64,000 nucleotides of DNA, from contig OY829846.1 in assembly GCA_963691875.1 (NCBI GenBank), positions 2,272,001 to 2,336,000 on the forward strand, given 5' to 3'. This DNA is from Aureliella sp. GTDB taxonomy: Bacteria; Planctomycetota; Planctomycetia; Pirellulales; Pirellulaceae. Position numbers and translations under genes: made by a program. The notes beneath the pieces were generated by a model that searched no databases, was not told where the DNA came from, and saw nothing but the letters and a program-made list of their open reading frames with translations. This document shows, one piece after another, positions 62,088-64,000 of the stretch. Every line of letters starts with the position of its first letter. Within the stretch, counting starts at the first letter, position 1.

Positions 62088-62328
62088 GCTGCTTTCACAA
62101 CCCGACGCGCAAGCGGAAACGAGGAAAACTGGTTTCGTTGCCTCGCTCACGCTTTTTGAAATTGCGTTTTTTCAAACTGACTCTCCCGCTCGCGGGAGGG
62201 TCGGATGTAATGTAGCCGGGGAGGACTGGAATGCCTGCAGACTTGAACAACGCCTTACGACGATGTGGCTCACCGAAATCAACCGAGCAGGGAAACCCCG
62301 CTCATAATTACTTCATCAGATTGCAAAA

Positions 62329-62838
62329 ATGCTCTCTTCAAAACTTCCGATCGCAAGCCTGATTCTTCTGTCGCTGACTGCAGTTGGTTGCCAGAACTCT
62401 CCGAGCAACTTTCCGTTTGACTTCGAATTGAAAGATATCAGTGAAGAACAACAAGCTTTGTCAGACTATCGAGGCAAGGTGGTAATAGTTGACATCTGGG
62501 GTACCTGGTGCCCACCTTGCATTGCTGAAATCCCGCACTTCATCGAGTTGCAAGAAAAATACGGTGAGCAAGGGCTTCAGATTCTGGGCGTCAATTATGA
62601 GGATGCAGATTCATGGGAAGAGCAGCAACGGATTATTGCTAATTTTGTGGAGAAGAAAGGGATCAATTATCCCTGCATGCCTGGGACGGACGAGGTTCAA
62701 AACCAAATCCCCGGCTTCAGTGGTTTTCCCACCACACTTTTCATCGACAAGACGGGCAATGTCCGAGAAGTCATCGTGGGACTGCATTCTTTTGACGAGC
62801 TAGAGGCCAAAGTCAAAAAGTTACTCGCCGAGTCCTAG
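62329..62838 (+). CDS. TlpA/ResA-like thiol-disulfide reductase lipoprotein
   Basis: Lipobox AVGC; WGTWCPPC and FPTTLFIDK motifs. Confidence 0.92.
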   Translation: MLSSKLPIASLILLSLTAVGCQNSPSNFPFDFELKDISEEQQALSDYRGKVVIVDIWGTWCPPCIAEIPHFIELQEKYGEQGLQILGVNYEDADSWEEQQRIIANFVEKKGINYPCMPGTDEVQNQIPGFSGFPTTLFIDKTGNVREVIVGLHSFDELEAKVKKLLAES

Positions 62839-64000
62839 CTAATGGCTATCCTTCGTTCTGTCAAGGAACGCGCCGGCTGCGAAGCCGATGAACATCGCCA
62901 AATCCTGTTCGGGCGAGACCTCAAACGTGGCTGTCGTCTGAGTCGGCAGCATGCTCTGGAATTTCTTGGCGGTAAATTCCACCTGGGGACGGAGCGATTT
63001 TGCCTTGTCGCCAAGCAGTTCGATGGATCGCATAGCCTGTAGTACGACATTCAGATCTTGGTCTTGCAAGAATTCGCCAAGCACGGGTACAGCCTTGTTG
63101 AATCCATGAGTAGCTAGGCTGTGAGCCGCCGCGATGCGCGTCCAAGCTTCGCCGGAATTCATACATTCTGCGAGTGCAGATTTTGTTTCACGCGACAAGC
63201 GAGGGCGTCCAATACTGGTCACTGCAGCCCAGTACAAAGCCGCATCGAGTCGATCTGGCTCATAGATAAGGTTTCGCAGAGCAATGTCACTTTTCGCTTC
63301 CCAGGCAAGATTCGCGTGCGCAGCGTATTGCCGTGCAAGTAACTGAACGTGAACCGGTGACTTATTGCTATTACGCATCAGCAGCGTCTCAGGCATAAAG
63401 CCACAGTCCTGCGTATCCCTCTGATGCTCGCTCAGACGAAGCTGAAGTTCGCGAAGCTTCTTTCGGTAGACCGGATCGCTAGCCAAGTTGTGGGTATTCT
63501 CTGGATCCGCCACACAATCGTAAAGCTCTTCGCGCGGTCGTTGCGGAGCAAGGAAATGCCACTGTGCGGGAGAAAGATTATGCGGCTGAGTACGACTATC
63601 AATTGACGCCTTGTAGAACTCCTTCCGAAGCGCACCCTGGTCGGGCCATGCCGTCGGTTGGTTGTAGCCAAGGTGCGGCATGTAGTTTCGAATGTACAAA
63701 AACCGCTTGTCTCGGATCGCGCGGGACAGATCACGAGCTTCATCCACTCGATCGCGATGCGCGAAAGCATACTTTCGCTCGCGTTGTTCGCTGCTGGAGA
63801 ACTTGAGCCCTTGCATGTGTTTGGGGGACTCAACTCCGCATAGCTCCAGCGTTGTAGGAGCAAGATCGACGAAGCTAACAAGTCGATCGGATTTCGCAAT
63901 CGAGAAAGTGGAGTTAGATTTTCGAATGGACTCGGGAACATGAACGATAAGTGGAACGTGAGTCCCAGAGTCTAGCAATGCTCGCTTGTGTCGTGGCATC
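62839..64000 (-). CDS. Sulfatase with C-terminal HEAT repeats (5' end outside the window)
   Basis: MPRHKR..DSGTHVPLIV, VSFVDLAPT, RDRVDE and EELYD..DP motifs; HEAT-like C-terminus. Confidence 0.9.
   Translation of the reverse strand, partial: MPRHKRALLDSGTHVPLIVHVPESIRKSNSTFSIAKSDRLVSFVDLAPTTLELCGVESPKHMQGLKFSSSEQRERKYAFAHRDRVDEARDLSRAIRDKRFLYIRNYMPHLGYNQPTAWPDQGALRKEFYKASIDSRTQPHNLSPAQWHFLAPQRPREELYDCVADPENTHNLASDPVYRKKLRELQLRLSEHQRDTQDCGFMPETLLMRNSNKSPVHVQLLARQYAAHANLAWEAKSDIALRNLIYEPDRLDAALYWAAVTSIGRPRLSRETKSALAECMNSGEAWTRIAAAHSLATHGFNKAVPVLGEFLQDQDLNVVLQAMRSIELLGDKAKSLRPQVEFTAKKFQSMLPTQTTATFEVSPEQDLAMFIGFAAGAFLDRTKDSH

Noticed and set aside
62836..62841. Abutting convergent stop codons forming TAGCTA
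   Set aside because: A common consequence of compact convergent genes; no evidence of function.
1..64000. CRISPR array, rRNA, tRNA, integrase or transposase
   Set aside because: No regularly spaced direct repeats, RNA gene signatures or recombinase/transposase motifs were recognised by eye; a covariance-model scan was not possible.

Overview
A 64-kb chromosomal window from a planctomycete, probably Pirellulaceae-like. That assignment rests on DUF1549/DUF1553 plus DUF1501 genes, PVC-type CxxCH proteins, an orphan fhcD and several sulfatases. Housekeeping and metabolic genes include pyrH-frr, dapL, fhcD, fpr, GltS and DAACS transporters, a CrtI/CrtN-family desaturase and an aldehyde dehydrogenase. 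The main feature is a tightly packed ~12.3-kb minus-strand operon (25220 to 12893). It joins a minimal chemosensory module (CheY-like, CheW, sensor-less MCP, CheA-REC hybrid, REC-DUF4388 protein; no CheR/CheB) to an FHA coiled-coil protein, a non-catalytic FGE-sulfatase-domain protein, a Zn-ribbon TRAFAC GTPase and a GAP1-N2-like protein. Also seen: a >=739-codon repeat protein missing from the ORF track (2217 to window edge), three disrupted genes (DUF4013, AraC, membrane hydrolase), GTAG-type REP-like repeats, a GAFTGA-less enhancer-binding-like regulator, a TerB-TerB-AAA ATPase, and a Tat-signal ADP-ribosylglycohydrolase coupled to an MtnK-like kinase. No rRNA, tRNA, CRISPR array or intact mobile element was recognised. 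All family calls come from motifs read by eye; no database search was run.
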